A stretch of 64,000 nt of DNA from an uncultured archaeon (lineage in GTDB: Archaea; Asgardarchaeota; Lokiarchaeia; Sigyniarchaeales; SOKP01): the NCBI GenBank assembly GCA_964486045.1, contig CAZALK010000001.1, positions 224,001-288,000 on the forward strand. The letters run 5' to 3'. Every line of letters begins with the position of its first letter. The stretch's first letter is position 1. The translations under genes were made by a program, and so were the position numbers. Below the pieces are notes generated by a model that searched no databases, was not told the DNA's origin, and worked only from the letters and a program-made list of their open reading frames with translations. Below, piece after piece: positions 22,070-32,421 of the stretch.

Positions 22070-22936
22070 CTAATTTCTTAATGGCATACCGTTAAGGCTA
22101 ACTATTTCTTTTTTTGCTGGTTTTCTTTTGCGGTAAGGATTTTTCAGATCATGTATTTTTCTACCAAACGTGAGATAACCTGTATGGCCTATCATTCTTA
22201 CCTCGGGACGCGTTGCGTTTTTTTTAACCTGGATTTTTCTTTTAATCAATTCATAGGTATTAATTTCAACGAACTTATGCTCTTTCAATGCAAACGTTGT
22301 TTTCTTTACTTGTTCGATAGTAGGGGAAAATGAAACTATAGTCCCACTTTGCTTTAAATACGATTTTACTTTCTCAATTGCGTTCCATGGCTCAGCAATA
22401 TCTAAAACTACAGAATCTACATTAGAATAATTTAAATTATCCTTTATGATGTTTCCAAATTTAATTGATACCGTTTCATCTAGTTTTGCTCTTTCGATAT
22501 TCTTTTTTGCTCGTGTTATAGATTTTTCCCGAATATCATATGAATAAATATGCCCATGTGGGCGAACATAGTTCCCTAAAATACAAGTTAATGCCCCAGA
22601 GCCACATCCAGCTTCAATCACTATACTTCCTGGTCCGATCCCTGAGTACAGTATAATCATTCCAGCATCCTCGGGATAAATTATTTGAGTCTTCCGAATC
22701 ATATGTATTACATAATCAGAAGGTAATGGTTTTAGTACGTAAAATTTGTATCCCTGAGTTTCATAGGGTTTTGAAAACACAACTGTACCAAATTTTTGAC
22801 CAATTATATCATCAAATTCAATAATTCCTTTATGGGTATGAAAAGTGTCTCCAGCTTTCACTGGAAGTATCCATCTTCTCCTATCGTCAAGAATTAAAAA
22901 GATTAGATCATTTTCTTCTATTATTTCAGAGGACAT
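22070..22936 (-). CDS. trmI: tRNA (adenine-N1)-methyltransferase
   Basis: RKTQIIYPED, EAGCGSGAL, LDIAEPW and HTGYLTF motifs. Confidence 0.92.
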   Translation of the reverse strand: MSSEIIEENDLIFLILDDRRRWILPVKAGDTFHTHKGIIEFDDIIGQKFGTVVFSKPYETQGYKFYVLKPLPSDYVIHMIRKTQIIYPEDAGMIILYSGIGPGSIVIEAGCGSGALTCILGNYVRPHGHIYSYDIREKSITRAKKNIERAKLDETVSIKFGNIIKDNLNYSNVDSVVLDIAEPWNAIEKVKSYLKQSGTIVSFSPTIEQVKKTTFALKEHKFVEINTYELIKRKIQVKKNATRPEVRMIGHTGYLTFGRKIHDLKNPYRKRKPAKKEIVSLNGMPLRN

Positions 22937-23108
22937 TTTTAGATAAGGGTTTTTGTTTTTTTAAAGGATAAAACCCTTTAATGGTTTGTCATCTGACCTA
23001 CTTTTATTACTGATTTAATTACAAAAAATATATAAAACATACATAATTGCATTAGTTAAACTGTTTAAATAAATTCCTTTTTATAAATACTTCCTAAAGT
23101 ATGAATTT

Positions 23109-24017
23109 ATGAGTAGAAATAATACTAGAAACTCCCAAAATTCTCGTACTTCCTTTAGAGGAATTCAAATCTTAATTGAAGATCTACGGCAAAAAAGAGA
23201 TGATCTCAACCTTAAGACAAAAAATTTTATTAACGAACTCCAAGAAATCGAAACAGAAATTAATCTAAATCTAAAAACCGCTAAGGAAAAATATAAAAAG
23301 AAAAGAGATTATTGGAATAACAAAGTAAAAGAACTTAAGGACAAAAAATTAGAGTATAAAACACTTTTAGATAAACTTTATGAAGAAAAAAGAACGATTC
23401 AAAAGAAGGGTAACAATTCAGAGAGACCAATTAATATAAAACAAGTCGATCGAAAAATTAGCAATTTAGAAAGAACAATTGAGACAGAAAATCTTGATAT
23501 AGCAGAAGAAAATGCTATGGTAGATCAAATTAAATTATTAGCAGAATCGAAGCATAAATTTTTAGCCGACCAACAAAATAGTGATTTCTTCATAATAGAA
23601 CGAAAAATTGAGATTGTAAAAATCAATTTAAATAAGATCTATGAGCAACTAAGCAAGTGGTCAAATAAGTCTCAAGAAAACCATGCGAAAATGTTGGATA
23701 TTTTCAATAAGGTCGATGAATTAAGAGAAAATAAAAGAAAAAGAGAAGAAGAATTAATCGAAAACAAAAAAGCTGCTGATCGCTACCACGAACAATATCT
23801 ACAGGTAATGAATCAAAGGAAAAAAAATTCAAAAGATAAAAGATCCTTTAAACCGAGTAAAAAGCCACCTTTTAGATCTAGGTATAATAACAAAAAAAAT
23901 GAAATGATTGAAAAAATCAAGGAGAACAAACTAGCTGAAGCTATAGAAAAGCAAAAAGCTGGTAAAAAATTAAACCTATTTGAGGCTCGATTGATTTTAG
24001 AAAAATCTGGACGATAG
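23109..24017 (+). CDS. Archaeal coiled-coil protein
   Basis: Heptad-rich; C-terminal AGKKLNLFE resembles the conserved archaeal COG1340-type tail. Confidence 0.65.
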   Translation: MSRNNTRNSQNSRTSFRGIQILIEDLRQKRDDLNLKTKNFINELQEIETEINLNLKTAKEKYKKKRDYWNNKVKELKDKKLEYKTLLDKLYEEKRTIQKKGNNSERPINIKQVDRKISNLERTIETENLDIAEENAMVDQIKLLAESKHKFLADQQNSDFFIIERKIEIVKINLNKIYEQLSKWSNKSQENHAKMLDIFNKVDELRENKRKREEELIENKKAADRYHEQYLQVMNQRKKNSKDKRSFKPSKKPPFRSRYNNKKNEMIEKIKENKLAEAIEKQKAGKKLNLFEARLILEKSGR

Positions 24018-24222
24018 TTTTTGATGAATATTAAAATATTATGAAAATTTAATGAATTTAGCTTTTAAATGTTTTAATTCTCATCTAGTGATTTTCATGA
24101 GATTTATAATTTCTATTAATAATTGTTGTTCAAATCTTAAATAGATCTGTCATAATATTTAAAAAAATTGAAGATTTATTCTTTTATTAACGTTTAAAAT
24201 TAAAGAAAGGATTTGTTATAAA

Positions 24223-25551
24223 TTGCATAAAAAAGTAACTGAAATCAGAGAGATAATGATCAAGCATCATGATTGGTTTAAAAAGTCTATTCCTTTAATC
24301 GCATCGGAAAATATAACTAGTCCAGCTGTGGATGAGGCTTGTGGATGTGATTTTTCGCATCGTTATGCAGAGGGGTGGTCTGGTCAGAGAGTTTATGCCG
24401 GTTGTTCATTCATGGACGAGATCGAAGATATTTGTATGGATCTAGCTAAAGAATATTACAAATGTATTCATGCAGATGTTCGTCCTATATCTGGAGTAGT
24501 CGCAAATTTAGTAATGTATAATGCATTTACTTCAGATAATAATGGTAAAATGTGTTGTATGTCTATAGTTAGAGGTGGACATATTTCACATGGACCTAGA
24601 TTTGCAAAAAGTGGAAGAGAGATTTTCGGAACTGCTGGAACAACAAGGGGAATTAATGTAGAATATCTAATTTTTGACAACGATGAGATGAATTTAGATA
24701 TTGATGCATCCGCAAAGGTCATTAGAGATTTTGAACCTGAATTAGTTTTATTTGGTGGATCATTATTTCTATTCCCTCATCCTGTAAAAGAACTCGGAGA
24801 TGTTGGGAAAGAAGTTGGTGCTTTTGTAGGATATGATGCTGCTCATGTAGCTGGGTTGATTGGCTCCGGATATTTCCAAGATCCATTAAGAGAGGGGGCA
24901 GACGTAATGACAATGAGTACGCATAAAACACTTCCTGGACCTCAACATGGTACTCTATTATCGAATAGAGAAGATCTAATTGATAGATTAAGGTCCTGTG
25001 CCTTTCCAGCACTACTTTCTAACCATCATCTTCATAATGTTGCCGGATTAGCCATAACTCTGGCAGAAATGTTAGAATACGGAAAAGACTATCATAAAAA
25101 TATCATAGAAAATGCACAAGCACTAGGACAGGCATTATACGAGCAAGGATTAAACGTTTTAATGGAGCATAAAGGTTTTACTGAGTCTCATCAAATTGTA
25201 GTTGACATCACTGATTTTCAAGACACCATTGGGTTGGGTGGTGATATTGAAAAATTATTAGAAAAAGCAAATATAATTCTTAATCGCAATCTATTACCCT
25301 ATGATCTAGCGGAGGGAAGACATTATCAAAATCCGGGAGGATTACGAATCGGAACTTCTGAAATCACTCGACTTGGTATGAGAAAAAAAGATATGGTTGA
25401 TATTGCTGAATTTTTTAGGAAACTTTTAATTGATAAGAAAGATCCAAATGTCATTAAAAATGAAGTTGCTGAATTTAAGAAGGAATTTCAAGAGATTAAG
25501 TATTGTTTTCAATCTTCAAATAAAGCTTACGAATTTATGAAATTCTTTTAG
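24223..25551 (+). CDS. glyA: Serine hydroxymethyltransferase
   Basis: LIASEN, RYAEG, GGHISH, STHKTLPGPQ (PLP lysine) and GLRIGT motifs. Confidence 0.95.
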   Translation: MHKKVTEIREIMIKHHDWFKKSIPLIASENITSPAVDEACGCDFSHRYAEGWSGQRVYAGCSFMDEIEDICMDLAKEYYKCIHADVRPISGVVANLVMYNAFTSDNNGKMCCMSIVRGGHISHGPRFAKSGREIFGTAGTTRGINVEYLIFDNDEMNLDIDASAKVIRDFEPELVLFGGSLFLFPHPVKELGDVGKEVGAFVGYDAAHVAGLIGSGYFQDPLREGADVMTMSTHKTLPGPQHGTLLSNREDLIDRLRSCAFPALLSNHHLHNVAGLAITLAEMLEYGKDYHKNIIENAQALGQALYEQGLNVLMEHKGFTESHQIVVDITDFQDTIGLGGDIEKLLEKANIILNRNLLPYDLAEGRHYQNPGGLRIGTSEITRLGMRKKDMVDIAEFFRKLLIDKKDPNVIKNEVAEFKKEFQEIKYCFQSSNKAYEFMKFF

Positions 25552-25714
25552 TTTTTAAAAATTTTTAGTCAAATTCTTCATTACGAGTTAGAAGTAAAAA
25601 ATGCATTCATTTTACTTTAGAATACCTTCGATAAACAATAATAAAACTTATCTTATATGGTGATTTTAGGTTAATATTCCTATTTCGTTATCGATACCTT
25701 TGTTCTGAAATATC

Positions 25715-26548
25715 ATGGATATCAATGTTCTTGAAAAAACTGAGCACAAGTTAGTGTTTGTTGTTGAAGATATCTCAATCGATATGGCAAATGCTATAAG
25801 AAGAATTATTTTATCCGAAATCCCGGTAATGGCAGTAGATGAGGTTATCGTCTTAAAAAATGATAGTCCTTTATATGATGAGATTATAGCTCATAGATTG
25901 GGTATGATCCCCCTAACTACCGATTTGGAATCGTATAAATTACCACAAGATTGCGAGTGTGGTGGATTTGGATGTCCTCTTTGCCAAGTTTCTCTTACAT
26001 GCGAAGTAATAAACACTACAAATGCACCATTATTGGTTTACTCAGGTAATTTAAAATCAAATGATCCTCTAATATCACCCGTTGATTCCAGAATCCCTAT
26101 AGTGAAGATAGACAAAAATGATCAACTGATTCTTGAAGCTTATGCATTTTTGGGTATCGGTAAAGAGCATGTTAAATGGCAAGCTGTTTCTAATATTTTT
26201 TATAGATTTTACCCTTCTATAAAATTTGATAGCACCAAATGTTCCAAGTGTTCAGATAAATGTTTAGTAGAAAGAATGTGCCCTGAAAAATTATATGATT
26301 TTTCTGATGGAAAAACACCCAAACTATCAGAAGATTATTGGAAAACTTGTACTTTATGTAAATCATGTGAAAAGGATTGCATAGAAAAAGCAATAGAATT
26401 GAAATCTAAGGAAAACACCTATATTTTTTCCATTGAAAGTGATGGTGTTTTACCTTTTAACGTAATTCTTACAAAAGCTTTCGAAATATTTTTGGCAAAA
26501 ATTGATGAATTTGTTGAAAAACTTGAAGCTCTTGAGTTAGAATCGTGA
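25715..26548 (+). CDS. rpoD: DNA-directed RNA polymerase subunit D (Rpo3) with Fe-S ferredoxin-like insert
   Basis: ANAIRRIILSEIP, NDSPLYDEIIAHRLGMIPL, HVKW and CTLCKSCEKDC. Confidence 0.95.
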   Translation: MDINVLEKTEHKLVFVVEDISIDMANAIRRIILSEIPVMAVDEVIVLKNDSPLYDEIIAHRLGMIPLTTDLESYKLPQDCECGGFGCPLCQVSLTCEVINTTNAPLLVYSGNLKSNDPLISPVDSRIPIVKIDKNDQLILEAYAFLGIGKEHVKWQAVSNIFYRFYPSIKFDSTKCSKCSDKCLVERMCPEKLYDFSDGKTPKLSEDYWKTCTLCKSCEKDCIEKAIELKSKENTYIFSIESDGVLPFNVILTKAFEIFLAKIDEFVEKLEALELES

Positions 26549-26609
26549 AATATCACAAAATTATTAAAATACCTAAAACTTAAATTAATTATTACGGTAA
26601 AAGTTCCTA

Positions 26610-26966
26610 ATGTCTCATAAAATAACTGGACCAAGCAATTATTACGTTAGAAAATTAATTAGAGATTTGTGGAAAACCAAAATAAAGATTTGGCGAAAAA
26701 TCTCAAAAAAATTAAGTGGTCCTAGAAAAAACAAAGTTGCCCCAAATTTATACCGCATTAACAGTAAAACTAAGGAAAATGAAGTGATTGTTATACCCGG
26801 GAAAGTATTGGGAATGGGAGAATTAGATCATACTCTTACCATTGCTTGTTTAGAATATTCCAATTCAGCAAAAAAGAAGATTAAATCTTCAGGAAGTAAG
26901 TTGATTTCTATAGAAGAATTATTAGAACAATACCCAAAAGGTAGCGGAGTAAAAATTTTCTATTAG
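26610..26966 (+). CDS. rpl18e: 50S ribosomal protein L18e
   Basis: VIPGKVLGMG and SAKKKI; syntenic after rpoD. Confidence 0.92.
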   Translation: MSHKITGPSNYYVRKLIRDLWKTKIKIWRKISKKLSGPRKNKVAPNLYRINSKTKENEVIVIPGKVLGMGELDHTLTIACLEYSNSAKKKIKSSGSKLISIEELLEQYPKGSGVKIFY

Positions 26967-26992
26967 ACTAAAAAATTAGAGTGTTATAATTT

Positions 26993-27466
26993 ATGGTAGT
27001 TGAATACCAATTAATCGATGCCACAGATAAAATTTTAGGACGGTTTTGCAGTCAAATAGCAAAAAAAGCGATGTTAGGTGAGTATATCGTTATAATTAAC
27101 GCTAAAGATGCAATAATAAGCGGAACTAAGAGAAATATTCATGAAAAATTCTTAGCCAAATTAAATATTTCAACTGCAACAAATCCTCTGAGAGGTCCGT
27201 TTCATGAAAGGAGACCTGATACATTTATGAGAAGAGTTATAAAACAAATGCTTCCAAGAAAGAAATTTCGAGGAAAGGAAGCCCTTAAAAGAGTCCATGT
27301 GTATATTTCAGAAATTCCAGAACGTTTTAAAATAAGATATCAAAAGATTGTTCCTATAGAAATTAAATATGCTGATAAGAAACGTCTTTTCTACTACAAT
27401 AAATATATAACTTTAGATAATCTTTGCCGGCGTATCGGATGGAACAAAATAGAAATTGAGGTATAA
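26993..27466 (+). CDS. rpl13: 50S ribosomal protein uL13
   Basis: IDATDKILGR, GPFHERRP and MLP motifs. Confidence 0.93.
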   Translation: MVVEYQLIDATDKILGRFCSQIAKKAMLGEYIVIINAKDAIISGTKRNIHEKFLAKLNISTATNPLRGPFHERRPDTFMRRVIKQMLPRKKFRGKEALKRVHVYISEIPERFKIRYQKIVPIEIKYADKKRLFYYNKYITLDNLCRRIGWNKIEIEV

Positions 27467-27473
27467 TAAAATT

Positions 27474-27884
27474 ATGTCAGTAAAAGTGGTTCAAGCTTCA
27501 GGTAAAAGAAAAACCGCAATAGCCAGAGCAGTGTTGAAACATCCTTCAAAAGGTCAGATTAAAATTAACAGTGTTCCATTACATCTCTATGAACCTGAAA
27601 TTGCACGCATGAGGATAGAAGAAGTTCTTGAGGTAGGAAATCATCCCAAACTTGAAAAATGTGATATTACTGTCCGTGTTAGGGGTGGTGGTGTAATGGG
27701 TCAAACAGATGCAGTAAGAATTGCAATTGCTAAATCAATTCAAAAATTTATTGGAACAAAAACGATTGAACGAAATTTTCGAGAATATGATGATTCTTTA
27801 TTAAGTGGGGATTCTAGAAGAACTGAACCAAAGAAATTTGGGGGAAAAAAAGCTCGAGCTCGCAGACAAAAAAGCTTTAGATAA
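27474..27884 (+). CDS. rps9: 30S ribosomal protein uS9
   Basis: GKRKTAIARA, VRGGG and EPKKFGGKKARARRQKSFR; ATG at 27474. Confidence 0.95.
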   Translation: MSVKVVQASGKRKTAIARAVLKHPSKGQIKINSVPLHLYEPEIARMRIEEVLEVGNHPKLEKCDITVRVRGGGVMGQTDAVRIAIAKSIQKFIGTKTIERNFREYDDSLLSGDSRRTEPKKFGGKKARARRQKSFR

Positions 27885-27896
27885 CTTTCTTTATAA

Positions 27897-29213
27897 TTAT
27901 TGAGTCTTTACTTGTACACCTATCTTTATAAGATCATCTAGAAAAGAGGGATATGAATCTTTTACAATATGAATATTTCTAACTATAGAACTTGAAGAGG
28001 CGTGCAATGCAGCAATTGTACATGCCATTGCGACCCTATGATCATTTTCATGGCTAAAAATTGCACCTTCTAATTTATTACAATGATGTATCGTTAACTT
28101 ATCATCCTCTTCTAAAACTTTGATCCCCATTTTAGTTAACTCTCTTGCCATAGAAGAAATTCGATCACTTTCTTTAAGCCGAAGGTGTCTAGCATTGTAG
28201 AGAACGGTTTTTCCTTTCGCAAAAGCACCAACAACTGATAATATAGGAAAAAGATCTGGAATTTCACTACAATCAATTTCCAACCCGTTTAATGGATGTG
28301 TTAAAAGACTCCCTTTAACAATAACTTGGTTTTTATCTTCATCAAATTCGATGTTTGCACCCATTCCTTTTAAGATATTGATTATTCTTTTATCACCTTG
28401 ATGATTAAGCATGCTTAGATTATTGATGATGACATTTGATTGTTTGCTTGATAAAACTGCTGCAGCGATGATAAAAGCCATTGAAGAGAAATCTCCAGGA
28501 ATTTCATAAGATTGAGCTCTATAGTTTTGTTCGTTTGTTATATAGAATTTTCTTTTTTCTGGATCTTCTTGTATATAAATTCCAAATGTGTTTAATACGT
28601 CCAAAGTGATTTTTACAAAGGGAGCAGAAACTAAAGGTGTATTTAATTCAATTTCAATAATATTTTTGTTTTTACAGGGCAATAGAGGGCATACAACTAA
28701 CAAAGCAGTAATGAATTGAGAGCTAATATTTCCAGGTATTTTTATTTTATTACACAAAATCTTTCCGCGTTCAATCTTAACTCTATCATCCGACAAGTCA
28801 TAATTTGCTCCTAAGTTCTTTAAAGCGTTGAGAAGAGGAATAATTGGTCTTTTTAGCTTTAAAAATTCCCCTGTTAATTGAAGACCTCCTTTAACAAGCA
28901 GGCTTAGAGAACTAAATATTCGAAAAGTTGTTCCTGAATTTCTACAATCAAGAGCATCCTTAATTGGTTTGAACGACTCTTTGTCATTTTTAACGATATA
29001 AGAATTATCGCTAGATTTTATTATTTTTACTCCTAAAGCTCTTAAATTTTTAATTGTTATTTCTGCATCTCCAGTAGTTAATGGATTTTTAATTACAGAT
29101 ATCCCTTCAGCAAGGCTAGCAGCTATAAAAGCTCTATGAGAATAGCTTTTTGATCCAGGTGCTACTATTTCTCCCATTAAGTTATTAGTTAATGGGAATA
29201 TTTCCAAATCCAT
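27897..29213 (-). CDS. aroA: 3-phosphoshikimate 1-carboxyvinyltransferase
   Basis: PGSKSYSHR, SSQF, KESDR and DHRVAM motifs. Confidence 0.95.
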   Translation of the reverse strand: MDLEIFPLTNNLMGEIVAPGSKSYSHRAFIAASLAEGISVIKNPLTTGDAEITIKNLRALGVKIIKSSDNSYIVKNDKESFKPIKDALDCRNSGTTFRIFSSLSLLVKGGLQLTGEFLKLKRPIIPLLNALKNLGANYDLSDDRVKIERGKILCNKIKIPGNISSQFITALLVVCPLLPCKNKNIIEIELNTPLVSAPFVKITLDVLNTFGIYIQEDPEKRKFYITNEQNYRAQSYEIPGDFSSMAFIIAAAVLSSKQSNVIINNLSMLNHQGDKRIINILKGMGANIEFDEDKNQVIVKGSLLTHPLNGLEIDCSEIPDLFPILSVVGAFAKGKTVLYNARHLRLKESDRISSMARELTKMGIKVLEEDDKLTIHHCNKLEGAIFSHENDHRVAMACTIAALHASSSSIVRNIHIVKDSYPSFLDDLIKIGVQVKTQ

Positions 29214-29292
29214 TATATGATAAATAGAAAATAATAGATATAATATTAATTAAATAATATTGTAAAATTAATTATTAGTAGATGTTGTTCTT

Positions 29293-30396
29293 ATGGTTGA
29301 TAATTCTTTAGGTACACTCTTTAAAATGACTTCTTTTGGAGAAAGCCATGGTTATTTGATAGGAATAATTATAGATGGCACCCCAGCAGGATTTGAGTTA
29401 GATATAGAACTTATCCAAAAAGAGTTAGATTTGAGAAAACCAGGACAATCCCATCTTACAACTTCTCGTATTGAGAAAGATAAAGTTAAAATATTATCAG
29501 GAATCTTTAATAAAAAGTCAACAGGGGCACCGATTTGCTTAATTATTGAAAATGAGGATAAAAATTCTTCTGAATATGAAAAATTTAAAAATTATTTACG
29601 TCCTTCTCATGTAGACTATTCCGCATTAAAGAAATATAAAGGATATTCGGATTATAGGGGATCAGGAAGATTTTCTGGGAGAGTAACAGCTGGATTTGTT
29701 ATGGGGGGTGCGATTGCTAAGCAAATATTAAAAAAGTTTGATATAAGAACTTTTGCATATGCTAAAGGCATTGGAAACTTTATTGATGAGGACGATTATG
29801 AGAAAATTGATTTTGAGAAACTTTTAGAGCTAAGAGAGAAATCTTTAGTTAGATCGGTAAATAAAGAAAAGTCTAAATTAATGAGGCATTTAATTGAAGA
29901 GGTAAAAGCAGAAAAAGATTCAGTAGGGGGGATAATTAAATGTATTATCCGTGGATTTCCTGAAGGACAAGGTGGACCTGTATTTAATAGTATTGAATCA
30001 AATATAAGCAAGGCAATTTTCTCAATTCCTGCGATAAAAGGAATAGAATTTGGAGCTGGATTTAAAGCCGCTAGTATGAAAGGTTCTGAGCATAATGATC
30101 CATGGATTTTAAGAGAAGATAAGATCAGTACAAGCAAAAATGATTCTGGGGGAATAATTGGTGGAATTTCAACAGGAATGCCTATAGAATTTTCGGTTGC
30201 TGTAAAACCAACAGCTTCTATTGGTATTCCTCAAAAAACGGTAGATATAGAGAACATGGAAAATATCGAAATTGAATTTGCTGGTCGTCACGATCCATGT
30301 ATAGTCCCGAGGATAATTCCAGTAGTAGAAGCAATGGTTGCCGTTGTTTTACTTGATTATTTATTAATAGATGGATTTATTCCAAGAGTTTTATAA
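29293..30396 (+). CDS. aroC: Chorismate synthase
   Basis: TSFGESHG, RPSHVD, GRFSGR and GRHDPC motifs. Confidence 0.95.
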   Translation: MVDNSLGTLFKMTSFGESHGYLIGIIIDGTPAGFELDIELIQKELDLRKPGQSHLTTSRIEKDKVKILSGIFNKKSTGAPICLIIENEDKNSSEYEKFKNYLRPSHVDYSALKKYKGYSDYRGSGRFSGRVTAGFVMGGAIAKQILKKFDIRTFAYAKGIGNFIDEDDYEKIDFEKLLELREKSLVRSVNKEKSKLMRHLIEEVKAEKDSVGGIIKCIIRGFPEGQGGPVFNSIESNISKAIFSIPAIKGIEFGAGFKAASMKGSEHNDPWILREDKISTSKNDSGGIIGGISTGMPIEFSVAVKPTASIGIPQKTVDIENMENIEIEFAGRHDPCIVPRIIPVVEAMVAVVLLDYLLIDGFIPRVL

Positions 30397-30453
30397 TTTA
30401 AATTAAATTCAAAAGAAAATTATGAATAATAACTACTTGAAGAAATGTGATTT

Positions 30454-30699
30454 TTGATGACAGAATCAGAACAAAAACAATTTATTAAAGAAGTTATAAA
30501 GGTAGTAGACAGATGGTCTTTTGAACAATGTGCCTCGTGTGATGATGGTACTATGGTTTCAATTGAAGGAATGCTTGATTTTCGATGCTCTAAATGTGGG
30601 AAACCCATGAATCCTATAAATTATCTAGGAGCCATTGCGGAAGCGGTTTATAATTATAGAGAACAACTAGAAAATCAAAATGAATCAAAAGATGACTGA
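30454..30699 (+). CDS. Small zinc-ribbon protein
   Basis: CASC...CSKC. Confidence 0.6.
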   Translation: MMTESEQKQFIKEVIKVVDRWSFEQCASCDDGTMVSIEGMLDFRCSKCGKPMNPINYLGAIAEAVYNYREQLENQNESKDD

Positions 30700-30926
30700 A
30701 TAGTATTTTAAATTCTAAATGTTTCGAAAGATTGGAAAAGTTTCCTCTTTAAAAATTAAATCAACACATTTTGTTGTCGATATGGAAAATTTCATTAAAA
30801 AAGCAGAAGAACTCTGAAAAGTATTAATAGAATTAAATGTAAAGATTTAAGTTAAGTTATTAAAATTATTATCATAACGCAATAAATAGTTTTAACCAAA
30901 TTTTATATAATTAAGATAACATAGAT

Positions 30927-31157
30927 ATGAAATTCGATACATCAAAACAATTCATAGAATTTTACAAGAAAAAAGGTGATTATTTAGTATCTCTCTCAGA
31001 AAGTCACTTCAAAACTGTAGAATATCGTAAATGCCTTGAGTTATTAAATGACGCCTATGGTATGTACAAAAAAGGAAAATATACTGAACTTGCTGAAAAA
31101 ACTAAACAAAGATTCATGGAAATAAAAGAAAAATATTTCAAAAAGAAAACGGAGTAA
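30927..31157 (+). CDS. Small helical (TPR-like) protein
   Basis: 76-aa helical hairpin pattern YKKKGD...AYGMYKKG. Confidence 0.5.
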   Translation: MKFDTSKQFIEFYKKKGDYLVSLSESHFKTVEYRKCLELLNDAYGMYKKGKYTELAEKTKQRFMEIKEKYFKKKTE

Positions 31158-31162
31158 TTTTA

Positions 31163-31657
31163 TTAAGGAAAGAGAGAAAAACCTTCTAATTTTTTCTCAA
31201 TATCTTCAATATGGGTTCCTTTCCAGAAAACTTTTTTACAAATTAAATTTGTGCATCTATAGAACTCACTATAGTTATTGAAAGAATCTGGTAGAACGAA
31301 ATCCTCGATTTCGGTTTTATCTTGAACTTTTAACAATATTGAGTTACAGATCGAACACCTTGCACATTCAAAACTGAATTCAAAATTTAAGTTTAGCTTT
31401 CTCTTAAGTTGATTCAAATAATGGTAAATCCCTTCTCCCTGCAGATACAAACTTCTTTCAATAAAACTCTTATGGAGCATTAAATCCTTTGTAATTATAA
31501 ACCTATCATTTTTCTTAGCAAAATATATTAATTTTTCATCTGGTACTGGATCAATCATTATTCTGTCTGTTAAATCATTAGAATATATGGTATCATATCC
31601 GAATATTCTAAGGAATCGAGCTAGCTTCCCTAACATTGAATCCACTAAGAATTTCAT
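31163..31657 (-). CDS. Mut7-C RNase domain protein (PIN plus Zn ribbon)
   Basis: KFLVDSMLGKLARFLRIFGYDT, ITKD, RCSICN and C..CKKVFWKGTH. Confidence 0.88.
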   Translation of the reverse strand: MKFLVDSMLGKLARFLRIFGYDTIYSNDLTDRIMIDPVPDEKLIYFAKKNDRFIITKDLMLHKSFIERSLYLQGEGIYHYLNQLKRKLNLNFEFSFECARCSICNSILLKVQDKTEIEDFVLPDSFNNYSEFYRCTNLICKKVFWKGTHIEDIEKKLEGFSLFP

Positions 31658-31744
31658 ATTATAGAGCCCACTTTTTTATTAAATCATTCTAGATTAAATA
31701 TATTTAAAATATCTATTAAATTATATAACTGAAATTTAATATAT

Positions 31745-31990
31745 ATTAGAATGTGGTTTTAATTATTCTCCCAATGAGGAGGTTGTAGCTGTAGTTGAGA
31801 ATGATATTTGTAGCATTGACGTACTCCAGGCAATATTTATGAAATAGAATATAATCCTCCAGAATTAGCCCAAATAGAAGATTCTGTAACATGTGATATT
31901 TGTAGTAAAGAAACTGCTAGTAGTAGAATCATGACTTATAATAATTATGACATGTGTATCCCCTGTTATAAAGCTCAGAGAAAATTTTAA
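31745..31990 (+). pseudogene. FmdE-family relic with internal deletion
   Basis: Hand translation: EEVVAVVENDICSIDVLQ, then a shifted PPELAQIEDSVTCDICSKE...MCIPCY zinc finger. Confidence 0.6.
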
Positions 31991-32122
31991 GAAAGATAAC
32001 ATAATGTGGAATTAATAGAGCTGATTAAAATAGCTTTTTAAACAAAACAAACTTGTTTTAAACCCATACATGAAGAACCAAATGGTAGTATATGGATGTG
32101 ATTCAGGGATACGTCTTTTATT

Positions 32123-32380
32123 ATGGTAATAAAAGTTAAGATAATGTTGAAAGAAATAAAGAAAACTTTACCTAAACTAGATTATCCTATATTAATATTT
32201 CAAGGATGACTAGATTCAGATATAAAACCAAAAAAGATGGATGAAATATTTAATAGGATTAGTCCAAAAAATAAAAGAAAGGTTTAGTTAGGAAAAAACG
32301 ACCATTCGATACTAAATAGCCAAGATCTTCAACGAATTTTTTCAAAACTAGGTAAGTTTATTAGTGCAATTTGTAATTGA
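32123..32380 (+). pseudogene. Alpha/beta-hydrolase C-terminal relic with two in-frame stops
   Basis: LPKLDYPILIFQG*LDSDI...KRKV*LGKNDHSIL; catalytic Asp/His region of an esterase. Confidence 0.6.
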
Positions 32381-32421
32381 ACAATATTTTTAAATTAATT
32401 TTTACATTAGATGATTAACTC

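Noticed and set aside
25715-27884. rpoD-L18e-L13-S9 lacking the usual S13/S4/S11 and rpoN neighbours
   Set aside because: Splitting of this operon is common in archaea; not informative alone
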